A stretch of 62,578 nucleotides of DNA, filler included, from Hausera hauseri (lineage: Eukaryota): the NCBI GenBank assembly GCA_046269625.1. It is 11 parts of 11 records of this genome, joined end to end, with 100 filler letters (N's around TTAATTAATTAA, not from the genome) between each part and the next. Parts side by side here need not be neighbours in the genome. Positions count along the whole stretch, not along the records: positions 7,357 to 11,321 come from JBJURY010852744.1; positions 11,422 to 15,422 come from JBJURY010827750.1; positions 15,523 to 19,938 come from JBJURY010592223.1; positions 20,039 to 26,493 come from JBJURY010099431.1; 7 more parts are not named here. One strand, written 5' to 3'. Each line of letters opens with the position of its first letter. Within the stretch, counting starts at the first letter, position 1. Below are positions 8,806-21,310 of this stretch, piece by piece. The notes under the pieces were generated by a model. The model had not been told where the DNA came from. It ran no database searches and was given only the letters and a program-made list of their open reading frames with translations. The translations under genes and the position numbers were made by a program.

Positions 8806-11021
8806 AAGTTGACCAAAATCCCAATGCTGCTGTAAATGTCACTCCAGTAGAACCCGACTTCAGCTCCGATGAGGACGATTCATTCAAAAGCTGCACAGCA
8901 GCGCCGTCTATTGTAATACGGGCCAATAATCCGGAAACTGAATGCTCATTAAATTATCCCCCAGAATTTTCCGACGATTCCGATTCAGTCAGTTGCAGTG
9001 GCAGCGGATCTGATGAAATATTCTACAGTGAACTGGAGGAAAATGATACTGATATAAGTGAACCCGGTAGAGAACGAGAAGAACAGGATGAACCTCAGAT
9101 AGAGTCGGCTTTCCAGAGGGAACTTCTTGATTATTTGGGTTCTATCTTTACTTATGGTGCGCGTAATCGAACTCGTGAGACAGGGTAGCATATTACAGTC
9201 GGCGACGAGCAGCTGGATGAATATATCGAATTACGTAATACTGTCAATCGAGATTTGCGGGTTTTGGGTGTGGGAAATTGTCAAGATACGGCCAGTACAG
9301 ATCAAAATATAGCCCGTAATCTTGTACAATTAGTTGCATCTCGTGAACGAGGGGATTGGTCGAGTTGTAGAAGATACCTGCGTGTTGTTCCCATGTGGAC
9401 ATTCGAAAGACGGATCCGCAACGGATCGTCGTACAAACATGAACGTCAGAAAACAGAACGTGACGATGCTGGTGAACCATGTGAGAAAACGATGAAAATG
9501 GAAATATCGGTGTCAGTTGGGAGGAATTGTGAAGAACAAGAGGAGAATAATTTAAATAAACCCGTGTCAACATCCGATGATAGGGCGAATGGTAATTTGT
9601 ATGAGGATGGATGGAATGAAAATATGAAATGGAAAGAAGAGACGATGGAAGCAGAGAGTGATGATGAACCATTCGTGGCGCCGACAGGAGATAAAATGGT
9701 GACCGTGGACCTCAGTGATAAACATCGTCGATGGCAGCAGCGCACAAAGACAGATGAAATATCGACAGGAGAGTCGACAGTCCTGGAACAAGTGGCTCGT
9801 CGTGGACAGAAGGATATTCGGACAGCTGTTTACGGCAGTAGATGGTCTGTTAGACGACTGGGATTGGAGATACGATTCCATGCGCATGACGGATGTGTGA
9901 ATGCGTTGGATTTCAGCAGCAATGGCCAATGGATTGCTAGTGGTAGTGATGATCGAATGGTTGTTGTAACTGATTGGCAACGGCAACGGCAATTATCTCG
10001 ATTTAAAATTGATCATAAAAGTAACATATTTCAAGTGAGATTTCTACCAGGCAGCAATGATCTGGAAATGGTAACGTGCAGTAGAGATTGTACAGTTCGT
10101 TATGCAGCATTATCATCGACTGGTCAACTGCAGTATTGCCGTTTGTTGACATCCCATAAGGATAGCTGCCATAAAATGGATGTACCGATTGACCAGCAAT
10201 CACTTGTAATTAGTGCTGGTGAGGATAAACGTGTGTTAGGTAGCGATGTGCGTATGGCACGTAGTTGTGGCAAAATTTGTTCTGTTGATAAAGTGCCGTT
10301 GTACAGTATTTCCTGTAGTCCGGTCCGTAGTCAGGAATTTGCTGTTGCTGGTAAGGATAGGGCAGTTTACATATTTGATCGTCGTAATGCTGCCAATTAT
10401 TTGTCTCGACTTTGTCCTGAACATCTTACTGGGAAATCGACACATGATTTGCATGTAACATCGGTGGTGTATGGTAGAGATGGGGATAGTGTATTAGCGT
10501 CATATAATGATGATGATATTTATTTGTTATCGACTAGGCAACGAGAATATGTGCAGAATGATTTGGCGGGTACTGCTGCTGGCACTGGCAGTTCAGTAAC
10601 ATTACATCGATACTGTGGTCATCGCAATATGCAAACTGTAACTGGAGTGGCATTTTATGGACCTGAACAAGAATACGTTGTTAGTGGTAGCAATGATGGA
10701 CATGTGTTACTATGGGAACGGGATACAGAGGCTATTGTCAATTGGTTTCGTGCTGATGATAATGGTGTTGTTAATGTATTAGAGCCACATCCGACAATGC
10801 CCGTATTGGCAACTGCTGGATTAGATCATGATGTGAAATTATGGAGTATGTTAGCTGCTGATTCTTCTCTACCTCGTATATTACCTTCTGACGGACCAAT
10901 ATTCGATAGGGAAACTGAAATGTCACGTATTGATTATGCATGGAAACGAATTGATGAGAGGACTGGTGAGAAAGAAGTAGAACCGTCACATTTGCCATTT
11001 TCATTGTGGGATCTTAAAACG
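8806..11021 (+). CDS. DCAF8: DDB1-CUL4-associated factor 8 (WDR42A)-like WD40 protein, large exon with acidic N-terminal extension; one in-frame TAG at 9186-9188; downstream exons absent
   Basis: HDGCVNALDF...ASGSDD, HKSNIFQVRFLP, ASYNDDDIYL, YCGHRNMQTVTGVAFYGP..EYVVSGS, VNVLEPHPTMPVLATAGLDHDVKLW; donor ACG|GTATGT at 11022. Confidence 0.85.
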
Positions 11022-11100
11022 GTATGTTTTCTCATTGCCTTTTATTAACTTTCCAAATTTTGTATTTACTAATTATTGTATACATTTTGTCAATTATAAC

Positions 11101-11321
11101 CATGATAATGACATGACCATGATAATGACATGACCGTGATAATGACATGACCGTGATAATGACATGACAATGATAATGACATGACCGTGATAATGACATG
11201 ACCGTGATAATGACATGACCATGATAATGACATGACCGTGATAATGACATGACCATGATAATGACATGACCATGATAATGACATGACCATGATAATGACA
11301 TGACAATGATAATGACATGAC
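11101..11321 (+). repeat. Intronic 17-bp minisatellite (CATGATAATGACATGAC), 13 units, running into the gap
   Basis: Direct tandem units with only CAT/CGT/AAT variation and no spacers. Confidence 0.97.
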
Positions 11322-11992
11322 NNNNNNNNNNNNNNNNNNNNNNNNNNNNNNNNNNNNNNNNNNNNTTAATTAATTAANNNNNNNNNNNNNNNNNNNNNNN
11401 NNNNNNNNNNNNNNNNNNNNNTTCTTTTTTAATGAAGATACGCTGTTTGAATATTGCAGAGCTGCCGATTATATTTCTTATTTTCAAACTATGTTTGGTT
11501 GCCTTAGTGAATCGAATATTCTATCGAGGCATTGAATACGCTACATAAAGTGCAGCGCCAAAGCGATTAGCATGTGAGTTTCTTTCTTTTCTATTAATGT
11601 TTACGGAACTCAATGCCGGTGATTGAACATTGTGGCACTATTGAATTTAGTGTGGTGTAATATATGTTTCAATGTTTTAAGTTCCGAGAAATTACATTAT
11701 AATCAATGTGTGTCGAGTTTGCGCATAATCATACATGGAAAATGATTGTGTCGAAGTGCGCAATTTTCACAGCTTACCCATTAAATTGTTTTCAAACTAC
11801 GCCAATACAGATGATTAAGGTTGTTCGCTGCTTTGAATTTCTCTTTACAGTCAATAGTTGGAAGCCTTATGACTTATTTTACAAATGCTCGATTTACGAA
11901 TACTGCCACAATAAAACAAAAGCTACCAAAGACGCTGCATTTTTCTTGTTTGGATCTAGTCTTTAAGAGCATATTCAGTATTGTCAGTCTAG

Positions 11993-11993
<1 letters not shown>

Positions 11994-12029
<36 letters not shown>

Positions 12030-12103
12030 TGTGTGTGTGTGCGTGCTTGCGTGCGTGAGGGAGACAGAGAGTGCGTGTGTGTGAGTATGTATGTGTGCGC
12101 GCG
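11994..12103. repeat. (GT)n/(GC)n compound microsatellite
   Basis: Seen directly. Confidence 0.95.
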
Positions 12104-12339
12104 CGCTTTTTTGGGAGGGGAGAGTCATGTTCCTTGAAGGCTGATTTATCTTGCTTCCAATCCACGACATTTATCTTATGATCTGTGTATGGTATTCGAA
12201 GGATCAACTTAAGAATCTCGTTTCAACATTTTGTATTTTACCTTCTAGTTTGCTGGTTAATGTCCATGGCTCACATGCATACATACACACGGAGATGACC
12301 AGTGCATCCATTAGTTTATTCTTTGATTTTTTCTTCAGA

Positions 12340-12530
12340 TTGGTTTAATTTTGGCCATTATTCCAGTTTTTTTTAGCCGTTCTTGTCTGTATTTCGTATT
12401 TTAATCTTGATTCAGTCTGGTATTTAACGTATATAACTCCCTCTGGATATTGCCCATTATATATATTTAAACTTTCCTTACTGTTCCACGCCAGCTTCGT
12501 CTTATCCGTGTTAATTTCCCTGCCATATTT
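12340..12530 (-). mobile_element. Highly decayed RTE-like RT fragment
   Basis: Minus strand reads YGREINTDKTK...KFKYI...EIQTRTAK, resembling the YGMRINIKKTK...KYKYLG...EVRTRIAM block of RTE RTs. Confidence 0.45.
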
Positions 12531-14548
12531 TATTATGCAATCTTAAGTTTATATTTATTTATTTGTATCGTACTACTTTGCCCATATGATTTACCACAAC
12601 ATTAGCTGCTTTTATTATCATCAGTACCACTGCTGTTATTAAGACAAGTGTACGTTTACATCACTGCATACTTGCCGTATACATGATGTAAGAATTGGCA
12701 GAATGTAAGACGGTCCTGCGAGCTCAATTAGCTATAATTATATAGCCTGCGAGCTATATTTGATCTCCTCATCGCCGAACGTCAGCTCTTCTGGATGACT
12801 CCAAGGGCTATAGGCCTAAGAAGGACTCACGAGTAATTGTGTTGCGAATTCCTGCTGTCGCAGTGGAGTCTAGTAGGGTGGACCGAGGTCCTCAAGTCTT
12901 TAGGGCAATGCTTGGCCTCTTAGAAGTGATCCACCTCTCAACTGGGGACTGTAGGCGATCATTCGATCATTGGCCAGAATTGCTTCTGTTTCCTGGACGC
13001 ACTACGAGGAAGTGTTGAAAGGTCTTGGCCAGAATGTTGGTTTCTGGCCTTGACGAGATCGTGAAGCGATCTCAAGTCTCGGCGCCCCCAAACCCTTTAA
13101 ATATAAAATTAGTTTAATTTGTATATCTTTTATCCGCAAGAACAGTGTGGGTTTGAGAGTTTGAATAAATTTGCATACAGATGACGTCAATGCCTAAGGA
13201 CCCGGTATATTTTTGCCAGTCAAAGGAAAACTAATCATCCATTGATGTTTTTCTGGACTGAATAGTTTCACACTAAGTTTGGTTTCGCACCCGACATTCT
13301 TGTATTTGCTTATCGATGGCATGGTCGTGGCTTCAATCGCAACTGAAGCGGGTTATCTTTATTCGACTAAAGACTACAGGGGGTCCACGAATTCTCTAGT
13401 TAGGAACTGAAGAAATTTCCTAGGCAAATAAAGACAGCCTGGTGTTACGCTGACGATATTATTCGATTATACGTCAGTGTCAACGCCTTTAGGCGTAACT
13501 GGCATGCTTTATTTACTGTACTTGCTGGATCGCTTGTTCAGTATCCTGAGTGGATTTCATCACAGTTTAGCTGAATAAAACGTGAAAGAGCTAAAAGGTG
13601 CCAAAAACGTTGGAGCTAAAACACAGAACTAAATAAAACTATATTTTTTAATTAACAAGCATCAGGGGATCATCAAGCAGAATCCAATATCCGATGATGT
13701 TTAACATGTCAGTTTTGCTTTTGTTCTTCCTTTACATTTCTTATGATCTTCTAAACATAAACTTTTGATAAATTTGATTAAGTGATGTGTTATTGTCTTA
13801 CTCGCTTCTGTTCTACAAACCGCTTGCATATTTCATTGTCTATCCTCTCTGTCTTGTTGTTAATAAAGTAATCAAGTCTGGTAGTAGAACTGGCCGCTAA
13901 ACCGCAAAGCACGATAATTGAACGTAAACTTGTGGGACGCAATTTGTGCGAACGCAAGAAAATGGTGCGTTCCAGAAATCAGTAGAAGAAAGAGCAAAAT
14001 TACGTTGTAGACAGGAAGACAAGAAATCAAGGAATTTTCTACAACGACAGGAACTGAATTTGATTGGCTGAAGAGCAACTTGCATAGCAATGCTAGAAGA
14101 CGCAAGAATGTCATGGAACGTCACAGAGTAGCAACGGAAGGCTATATAAACAAGACAGAGGCTAGCCACCGGATCACTTTGCACCCAGCCTTTGAGTGGA
14201 ACAGAAGCTTGTCTGTTGGTGTAGTGTTCGAAGGTGATCATGGAGGTCAACGTCAGTGACCGTTGATGTACACAACAACGAGTTGAAGATTATTGTCTTC
14301 TGAAGAATATTTCATGCGAAGCTTAGACATAGCCATTCAACAGTAAGTACGATGGCTCGAATGTTCGTCTCAACTTGAAATACCTATCAAGACCTTATCG
14401 TGGTCGTTTGAGAAATCGTTCGTCATCAGCCTACGTTGGCATAATTCAGCCATTAATGCACATCGTAATTTGAGAGCTCTCAATCTCGTTCATACTACTA
14501 AGAAGCATTGAACGCCACCGGTCGAAAACGTTGCGTCAACGGCAAAGA

Positions 14549-15101
14549 TTATCTGCAGGTGAATTGATTGAAGTAATTGTCCCACGGCAGTAGCAGCCAC
14601 CAGTGCCACTGGTGTATACCGGGTCTAGAGACAGCAGAACGTATCCGGAGTACGGGTTCATCACTAACTTTATCCGTTGTATGAGAAGACTCCAACATAT
14701 CAAGACAACACGTCCCATAGACACTACACCTTGACTTGTCGCAATCGCATGGAAAACATTCCTTATGCAGACACTTCGGAGGGTCAACTACGGATTTATC
14801 TCGTAATGTTCCGTTTTCGTTACACCTTAAAGAACAAATAGTTCCTTGATATTCTCCAGGAGACATGACATTTTTGTCCCAGGACAAAATTGTTTGTTCA
14901 CCTATATGGTCTTTTCGATAACTACATACAACTTCGTCATAGGTACCGAAATCGTAATCAGTGTACTGTGAAGAGGAAAAGACAACCCATGCATGTAAGA
15001 AAATAACACTTAGGAAATAACGCTTTTTCCAAAAACGGTGCTTGGTATTTAAATTAACAGTACACATATCGTAAAGTCGTTCAGATAACTCTGTCAACAA
15101 C
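14549..15101 (-). CDS. N-terminal exon of a secreted/membrane Cys-rich protein with a somatomedin-B-like motif (resembles invertebrate Methuselah-like/adhesion GPCR ectodomains); recognisable homology stops near 14640
   Basis: Pyrimidine-rich CAG acceptor at 15102-15103; hydrophobic segment YFLSVIFLHAWVVFSSS; C.PC.CD...C.VYGTCC.D. Confidence 0.45.
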
Positions 15102-15562
15102 CTGGACAGAGAATTTAAAAGAATACAAATATATCACAAAATAGATATCTTCAGCAGCACAAACCAAAATATGTTGTGGTATTAACTTGTAGACGTGTGT
15201 TTATAATGTTGCCGAAATGGCTGGTAATTTTCTGTGAGTATCGTATCGAAACCTTACATGCTCAGCAAACAAACAAATTACATTTCTTTGTTCAGCCACA
15301 TAAAAACAATATCAGGATTGACAGTACAATAAATATTTCATGACCAATTATTGAAACGTATGCGTTTGTTTGCATGAAGAATTTAAACATTAAATGCCGG
15401 TGTCCCGCTTGTCAGGACAATTNNNNNNNNNNNNNNNNNNNNNNNNNNNNNNNNNNNNNNNNNNNNTTAATTAATTAANNNNNNNNNNNNNNNNNNNNNN
15501 NNNNNNNNNNNNNNNNNNNNNNTTCGAACAATAGCTGAGATACTATATACCTTGCAGGTTGA

Positions 15563-16141
15563 TGTGACTACAAGTGGCGTAGATGAGAGCCGAATGTAGC
15601 AAACAAATCATTGATGAGGCCGGCTCAAACAGAGCTCCTGACCTTCAGTAGAACAATACCGGCGAAAAATGGTATTCTCACTGGCGATCTGCACGTAGGT
15701 GACTCTCCATAGTCACGTTGATCTTGAATCATTGCAATACACACGAATCAGGCTAATACCAGCCTTACATACGTATCCAGAGCAGAATTGCTCTGACAAA
15801 ATTGTGGTAACCAAACACTGAGTATTTCCACCCGAAAAATTGCTTGAGCACAACAGTTTTCTCTTTTTAAAACAGATTGCCCGACGAAAACTACGTCCTC
15901 TCACACTGAAGACACGGGCCAGACTGTCCGTTGCTATATTTCGATTCGTTCTTTTTCTTGAACTCCCCTGCTATCATGACATGAATTCAGCTCACTGACC
16001 TAAGCTCATATTCGTTAGTCTGAGTTGTGTAGTTTGTTTTCTTTTCACTGCTTTTCTTCGAGATAATATGTTTTCGAGTTTCAATGACGTTTATTTCTTA
16101 TACATTACGGTTCATTCAGTGCGTTCTGTCTTTCTGTCACA
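15563..16141 (-). repeat. 3' LTR (579 bp) of the contig-4 Gypsy element
   Basis: Perfect inverted ends TGTGAC (15563) and GTCACA (16136-16141); on the - strand it is immediately preceded by the polypurine tract AAGGAAGGGGCGTG (16142-16155). Confidence 0.8.
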
Positions 16142-16299
16142 CACGCCCCTTCCTTAAAAATAAGACAGCTTTTTTCTGCACACAAGTAGACAAAGCTTCT
16201 TATCTACTTGATCGGTTCCGTTGTTTCTATTTTCTGCTGGCGCTTCAGATATCTGGTTTGTGTTGTCTCCGTCTCCATAACACGCCCCTCTTTTCAATG

Positions 16300-16905
16300 A
16301 AGATATTTGCTATGATTGCAGGCAAATATCTCGCCTGGTGTTCTTCATGTTTTCATGATATGACGTGATGGATATAGAATCCTATGTCCCTATATACTAT
16401 CCGTGACTACTTATTTAGTATGTCTTCTGGTTGTGCTGTATCTATACTTGCCCAATGTTGGATGTCAATGTTGCTTGTTTCCACTGTCTGTACACCTGTA
16501 TTAATCTGAGATTCAAGTGTTTGAGTTTCTGTAATTGCCATTTCTTTCGAATGTAGGGAGCATCCGCTTGATATAGTAATTGTTTCGAGCTGTTTGGTGA
16601 CGTGGATTTCGTTTTTCGTGATCTTGCCGCTGCTTTCACATAACTTCTGTGTTTTGAGTTCGGTGTTTGTATCTATAGCACAGATTTCGTCTTGCACTAA
16701 GGAGTTGTTTTTCTGCATCGACAATCAGCTCCTGGTACACCGTTAAGGGCTGCACTATGACCAGTTAGGAATAGGCTCCCACTTCACTGACTTCTTTGAC
16801 TTTAGCACAAATTGTACCGTCTTTCTGAACTATATCTAATCTGTCTTTCGACTAGTTGACGTTCCTCTCAATTATAACGATCACTATCAACAGATAAGCA
16901 TTCAT
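16300..16905 (-). pseudogene. Env-like ORF relic, probably internally deleted
   Basis: Lies between pol and the PPT; splice acceptor TTCTTCCATACAG, then MNAYLLIVIVII (signal-like); later C..SGKIT...ITISSGCSLHSK resembles the C-terminal Cys block of errantivirus/F-type env proteins. Confidence 0.45.
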
Positions 16906-16948
16906 TTTGTTCGGGTTCTGTATGGAAGAACATAGGGTGTGTTAGCCG

Positions 16949-19938
16949 TTATGCTAACTTTACAACCGTTTGTAAGAGGAGTTTTAATATGTCTTTTCCA
17001 TTGTCGTCTCCCTTATCGACTATTGTTGTTTCTTGTGTCCTGTCGTGGACATCATCTTCGTGTACCCGTTGTGTTGCTTCATTCGTATGCATACTGCCAT
17101 TTATTAGACTCGTTAATTGTTTCCGTAACTTAGCTATTGTTTCAGTTTTCTCCCTATTTTCGTTCTCCAGTTTCATGGTCTGCATTTCCATATCATGTAG
17201 GATATCTTCTTTTGTCTGTACCTGGTTTTGAAGTGTGTGGATCTGCGTTTTGGCATTTCGTTTAGCCAGTGTCACATCCCCTATTAGTGTTTGAATCTCC
17301 ATTTCTTTGTCTTTTTCGTCAACAACTCTGCGTATTTCCGCAATTTTCGCATCCATTGCTGCTTTTGCCCCGGCTTGTTGGTTTCTGAGATCGATTGATT
17401 GCTTCAAATATTTCTTCTTCAGTGCCGCTTGTCGTGGAATCTTATTTCGTGGTTTTTCTCCATTATCAGATTCTGGGTCTCTGGTACGTTTGGTGTGTTT
17501 TACTATACATTCCATTTCCGATGTTTCTGTTTCGGAGTCTTCATCAGCAGTAATATGGGAAGGGTTTTCTTCTGTAGCGTTATTGCTGGACTGTTCTTCT
17601 TGTGTGTCTTTGTTATCTGTTTCGTCTTCTTGAGCTTGTCGAATTTTTCTGTCTTGCAATCTTCGTTTTCTTTCTAATAATGGGACATCGCTATCTTCGG
17701 ATGACGTTTCTCTCATTTTTCTTGCTCTTTTCATTTGTCTGGTTTTTGCCTCTTCGAACCTTCTTCTAGCAGCTGCTCTTGTATTTTCATAAGGTGCTGT
17801 AGTATCTAATTCCTTGTTGTTGTCGGCCAGTCTAGGTTTCTCTGGTTGGTTTGTGGTTGTTCTTGGCAAAGGCATAATTTCATAACGGGTGTCACTTTCT
17901 TCATCGTCTGTAGTGGTGTTGGTGCTGTCTGTTGTAGTTTCTGAACTTTCTTTGGGTGGGACAACATATCTGGATCGACGTGTACATGTGTCATTTTCTG
18001 GTTTACTTTCTTCTGGAAATTTCGTATCATCTTTCCTAAGTTGACTGGTGGTTGTAGTGGTGGATTGACCTGTATACTGGTTTTTGATGACATAGGTAAC
18101 TGGACCTTTTTGTTCAACTATCTGATACCCTGGGATCCATCTGTTATCCATTTTTGAGGATCGATGGTGATTCTTGTAGTACACTTTATCTCCGATCGCA
18201 AATTCTTGATTCGTTGTTTTTGGTTCGATGCGATCTTTTCTCTGTTTAAATGCGTGCCTTAAGTTCCTACTGACGTTGACAGATATCTCATGAAGTCTCT
18301 GTATTACATATTTGTGGAACTCTTCGCCGTAGTACTTTGGTCTTGGTTTCAGCAAGTTGTCCAATGGTAATATGGGCTCTCTTCCAAATAGCATTTCGTA
18401 TGGTGCGTATCGTCGACTCCCATTCTCCATGATTCTAACTACCATGGCTGCCTGCTGTAAGTACATGTCCCAGTCTTTCGGTTGATTATTTACATACTTG
18501 GTGATAACATCATATAGCGTGCTATGCTGACGTTCATTAATCCCGTTCGCTCCCGGGTTGTATGTAGCAGTTCTGACATGCTTGATGTTCAACTCTTGAA
18601 GCGTATCTGTCATTGCCTTATTGACAAATTCCCTGCCGTTATTGGTTATCAGAGTTTTCGGACAACCATAGCGTGGTATTACTTCCTCCAGTAGAACTTT
18701 GATAATGCCATTTGCTGATTTGTCTGGTAGGGCATGGAGTTGGGCCAGCAGCTATAAATATCTACAACGTGCAAGATGTAACTGTTTCCTGATGCCGTCA
18801 CTGGGTGAGGTCCCGACAAGTCCAAACTAATCTTTTCGAACGGGAAGGAGGCATAATCCGGTTCCTGAAGTGGATGTCGTAAAGCTTCCATATTTCGTAG
18901 TTTGCATTTTTCACACTTTTTCACATATCCGTTTATCTCCTTGTCCATGTTAGCCCAATAATATTTGCGAGCAATCATTTCGGTGGTACGGTCTCTGCCT
19001 AGATGACCTAGTTCATCATGATATTGCTTAATGACCTCTTCTTTCAGCTGTTTCGGGACACATTGTTGGAAATTGTGTTTTTGGTTGCCACCAATTCTGT
19101 ATAGTTCACCGTTTTCAAGTGTAAACTTCTGCCACTTTTGTAACTTGTCAGGCTCCCCTGACTTCAGATCGTCAATAATTCTTCTTAACGTGTCGTCTTT
19201 ACTTTGCTCGGTTCTCATAGCAAACATTGTTTCAGTATGTTCTTCCCTTGTTGAGTCAGTGTCGCTATCATCTACATATAGATGTTTCTGATCAGAATTG
19301 GTTACTGAAATCTGTAACGCGTGGTCATCGATATCTGGAGTTGCTTGGTCTGTTGTGGCTTCAGTTGGTTCTTTTGCTGGTATTGATTCTGGTATTCTTG
19401 ATAACATGTCGGCCACTGTAGTCTGTGGTCCTGGGATGTAGTCTATAGACATATTGTAGCATTGAAGGTTAAGTATCCATGGTTTTATTCTCTTGTTCTG
19501 GACGTCGGATCTTAACATTGATTTCAGAGGCATATGGTCAGTTCGGACTACAAACTGACTGTTATGCAAATAGAAGTTGAGATTTTGTAGAGCATAATGG
19601 ATGGCATATTCTTCTTTTTCTAGTACGGGCCACTTCTTCTGGGATTTGGTCGATCGGTGTGAGAGAAAGTATATCGGTTTTTCTTTAATTCTCGACTTTC
19701 CATTGACAATTTCTTCACCGTTTTCTTGGGTAAGAACGGCGCCTATGGCGTAATCGGAAGCGTCCGTATATAAAATATATCCTTTGCTGGTATCGGGTTG
19801 CTAAAAACGGGTTGACTGTCAAACTTTGCTTCAGCTGGTCAAAGGCTCTTTGGCATTCTTCTTCCCATCGAAATCTGGCAAATTTTCTTGTCAGGGCCAC
19901 TAGTGGTGCAGCTGTCCTGGAGAAATCTTTTATGAACC
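16949..19938 (-). pseudogene. Gypsy pol (frameshifted), integrase carrying a ~350-aa charged/coiled-coil C-terminal extension
   Basis: ORFs 19715-19900, 18679-19569 and 16949-18613 join through frameshifts. Confidence 0.85.
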
Positions 19939-20038
19939 NNNNNNNNNNNNNNNNNNNNNNNNNNNNNNNNNNNNNNNNNNNNTTAATTAATTAANNNNNN
20001 NNNNNNNNNNNNNNNNNNNNNNNNNNNNNNNNNNNNNN

Positions 20039-20139
20039 CCGGTTGCGCAATAACAGAAATTTTGGCATATTTATTTGGAACTAGATTATGTTTTGATTTC
20101 GCTTGTACAATAAAGATCCAATAGAACAAATGGTGTCAG
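20039..20139 (+). mobile_element. Possible end of a 5' LTR plus tRNA-Leu-type primer binding site
   Basis: AATAAA...AACA, 2-nt spacer, then TGGTGTCAG (20131-20139); only 9 nt of PBS match. Confidence 0.45.
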
Positions 20140-20363
20140 TTTACGCATTCCGCAATACTTCAGCGTCCAGAAGCAACCATCGTGGACATTTGCCCGCAGC
20201 GTACCGAGATGGACCGTGTAGAGCGGAGCACGGTAATACTGCTATTTTTCTATAATCCAACAATTGAATCTATTTTTATTTATTTCATAAATTTTACCAT
20301 GAGCCCTATTGAAATTTTATTCTCATGTTTTTTCACATATGTTTTTATTTATGTTTTTTCAAG

Positions 20364-21310
20364 CACCAAGTAAGTGGCAACAACATCACCGTCATTTTCG
20401 CATATAAAATATTCTAATGAGGGTTTTGTTACTTCTTTATGGTACTCAAATCATCGTGCAGCAACTACAATTTATGCCAAAAACACAGCTACCGGTCGTA
20501 TTGTACATTGTAACGTCATTCTTGACGTCATTAAGCATCTACCGGTTGAACTCCGACCACAGGAGTTATATTTACATGAAACTACCAATCATCAGACCTA
20601 CCGATGAATTCGGTAATACGTCCTTCACGTTGAACGGTTCACCATTTGAATGGTCAATACACTCATCGGGTTTAAATAGCGATACACAAGGTATTCTAGA
20701 ATTTATAACGTGGACTGAATCAGAATATTCAACGCCAATGTTTATCGCAAATTTGAAGCAGCAAGGACTTCCAGGTTATATGCAGTTTGTCAGTGGTCTA
20801 AAAACAGGGTCTACAACAGTTTCTTTAACATTTCGCGACGAAAACGTCAAAAGTATTGTGCATAGACCAGATTTTCTGCTTCTACTCATGGCTAATGCTG
20901 CTTTATCACTACAATGCGTATACTAGATTCCTAGCATTCACGTCCTATAAAATATACGTTCACAAGCAAGCATTATCTATAAAACCAAAACTTTCCAGTA
21001 GTCAATATTTATTCCAAGCTAACAGTAATATCACAGCCCTTGATACTCAGTGCTCAACTGTTACAGCAAAAATACGTCAAAACTGAAGTTATACTTATTA
21101 ACAAAAATATAACAGAAGAATTCCGACATACGTTTTCAGTTTCATTCGTCGTTGAAACGGGGTTCTTGTCATTTCATATTTCATTGAGAAAGAACGTTTG
21201 GGTTTTACAAAGGGGCAAAGCACATATTTATACCTTGATTGTGAAACCGTGTGATTCAAATAGTCATCAAATATACATGCCCGACAATACCTGTCTTGAA
21301 TCTACATTTC
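20364..21310 (+). pseudogene. NUP210: Nucleoporin gp210 N-terminal fragment, frameshifted and truncated by the Gypsy element
   Basis: IYAKNTATGRIVHCNVILD..ELYL, DEFGNTSFTLNGSPFEWSI, VSGLKTGS, VVETGFLSF, WVLQRG, QIYMPDN follow the Nup210 N-terminal order across several frames. Confidence 0.85.

Larger units (their letters stand above)
15563..19938 (-). mobile_element. Ty3/Gypsy LTR retrotransposon, 3' half (RT end, RNase H, integrase, env-like relic, PPT, LTR)
   Basis: YTDASDYAIGAVL, VRTDHMPL, VADMLSR, HHCC zinc finger (YHDELGH...CEKC), SLDLSGP, YNPGANGINER; RT-RH-INT order. Confidence 0.92.

Noticed and set aside
11101-11321. CRISPR-like array or His/Cys-rich repeat ORFs
   Set aside because: Contiguous 17-bp units with no spacers and no cas genes; the ORFs are by-products of the repeat
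13780-14340. Possible LTR/PBS-Met (TGGTAGTAGA at ~13878) with a TATA-like box
   Set aside because: Imperfect PBS, no definable LTR ends or coding region
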